NCBI RefSeq assembly: GCF_902713615.1
Contig: NC_052147.1
Location: forward strand, 124,378,435 to 124,442,434
Source: Scyliorhinus canicula
Taxonomy: Eukaryota
DNA length: 64,000 nt
Reading direction: 5' to 3'
Shown: positions 63,508 through 64,000 of the stretch, in pieces
Position numbering within the stretch: position 1 is the stretch's first letter
How the letters are laid out: every line of letters begins with the position of its first letter
The notes under the pieces: model-generated
The model's input: only the letters and a program-made list of their open reading frames with translations
The model's database searches: none
What the model was told of the DNA's origin: nothing
Translations under genes and position numbers: made by a program

Positions 63508-63714
63508 TTTTTAAAAAATTTAAATTTAGAGTATGCAATGAATTTTTACAATTAAGGGGCAATCCACCTACCCTGCACATCTTTTGGGTTGTGGGGGCGA
63601 AACCCACGCAAACATGGGGAGAATGTGCACGGTCAGTGACCCAGAGCCGGTATCGAACCTGGGACCTCGGCGCCATGAGGCAGCACCGCTGGTCACTGCA
63701 CCACCGTGCTGCCC
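63508..63714 (-). mobile_element. Short poly(A)-tailed V-SINE
   Basis: gggcagcacggtgg head; A-rich tail; perfect 15-bp TSD tgaggtgccataatt 63493-63507 / 63715-63729. Confidence 0.88.
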
Positions 63715-64000
63715 TGAGGTGCCATAATTAATGACAAACCAGTAACTGGAATATTTCTAACATTTTTAATCTGTCTTGCATTCTAAGAGTGAATGAGGAA
63801 ACTGCCAATTACAACATTGTTGACCTTGAGGAAAAGGAGGAAAAAAAGTAGGGTTTTAACGATCAACTTTGCTGCATATTTGTTTTGGGGTTTGAGGAAG
63901 AAAGGAAGGAAAACAATAGATACAGACATCACAATACTACCATCTTTACAGCTGCTGTGTAAAATTAGCAGGTTCTTGACTCGTTTATAGATGTTAAGAC

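Overview
Vertebrate genomic DNA; the repeat families (HE1-type V-SINEs, HER1-type CR1, Deu-domain SINE) point to a cartilaginous fish, probably a catshark-like species (inference). The only host gene is the 3' end of NOVA1 on the minus strand: the terminal coding exon (7538-6531; KH2, Ala-rich linker, KH3) and a long TE-free 3' UTR interrupted by two short N-runs. From 7539 to the window end is NOVA1 intron with no further exon recognised. It is packed with mobile elements: a near-intact CR1, three L1-clade LINEs (one full length with TSD), RTE and L2 relics, a decayed Harbinger, a spliced Harbinger Myb/SANT pseudogene, about 15 GC-rich MITEs, several SINE families and Penelope-like termini carrying minimal hammerhead-ribozyme motifs. 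Most notable: valine at the position equivalent to the 'modern-human-specific' NOVA1 V197; a retained S>G A-to-I editing codon near a perfect hairpin; Nova-binding YCAY clusters in NOVA1's own intron, one supplied by a SINE tail; inverted hammerhead-bearing Penelope termini with TSDs; and MITEs carrying palindromic CRE/NRF1 cassettes. All comparisons with human sequence are from memory and need alignment.
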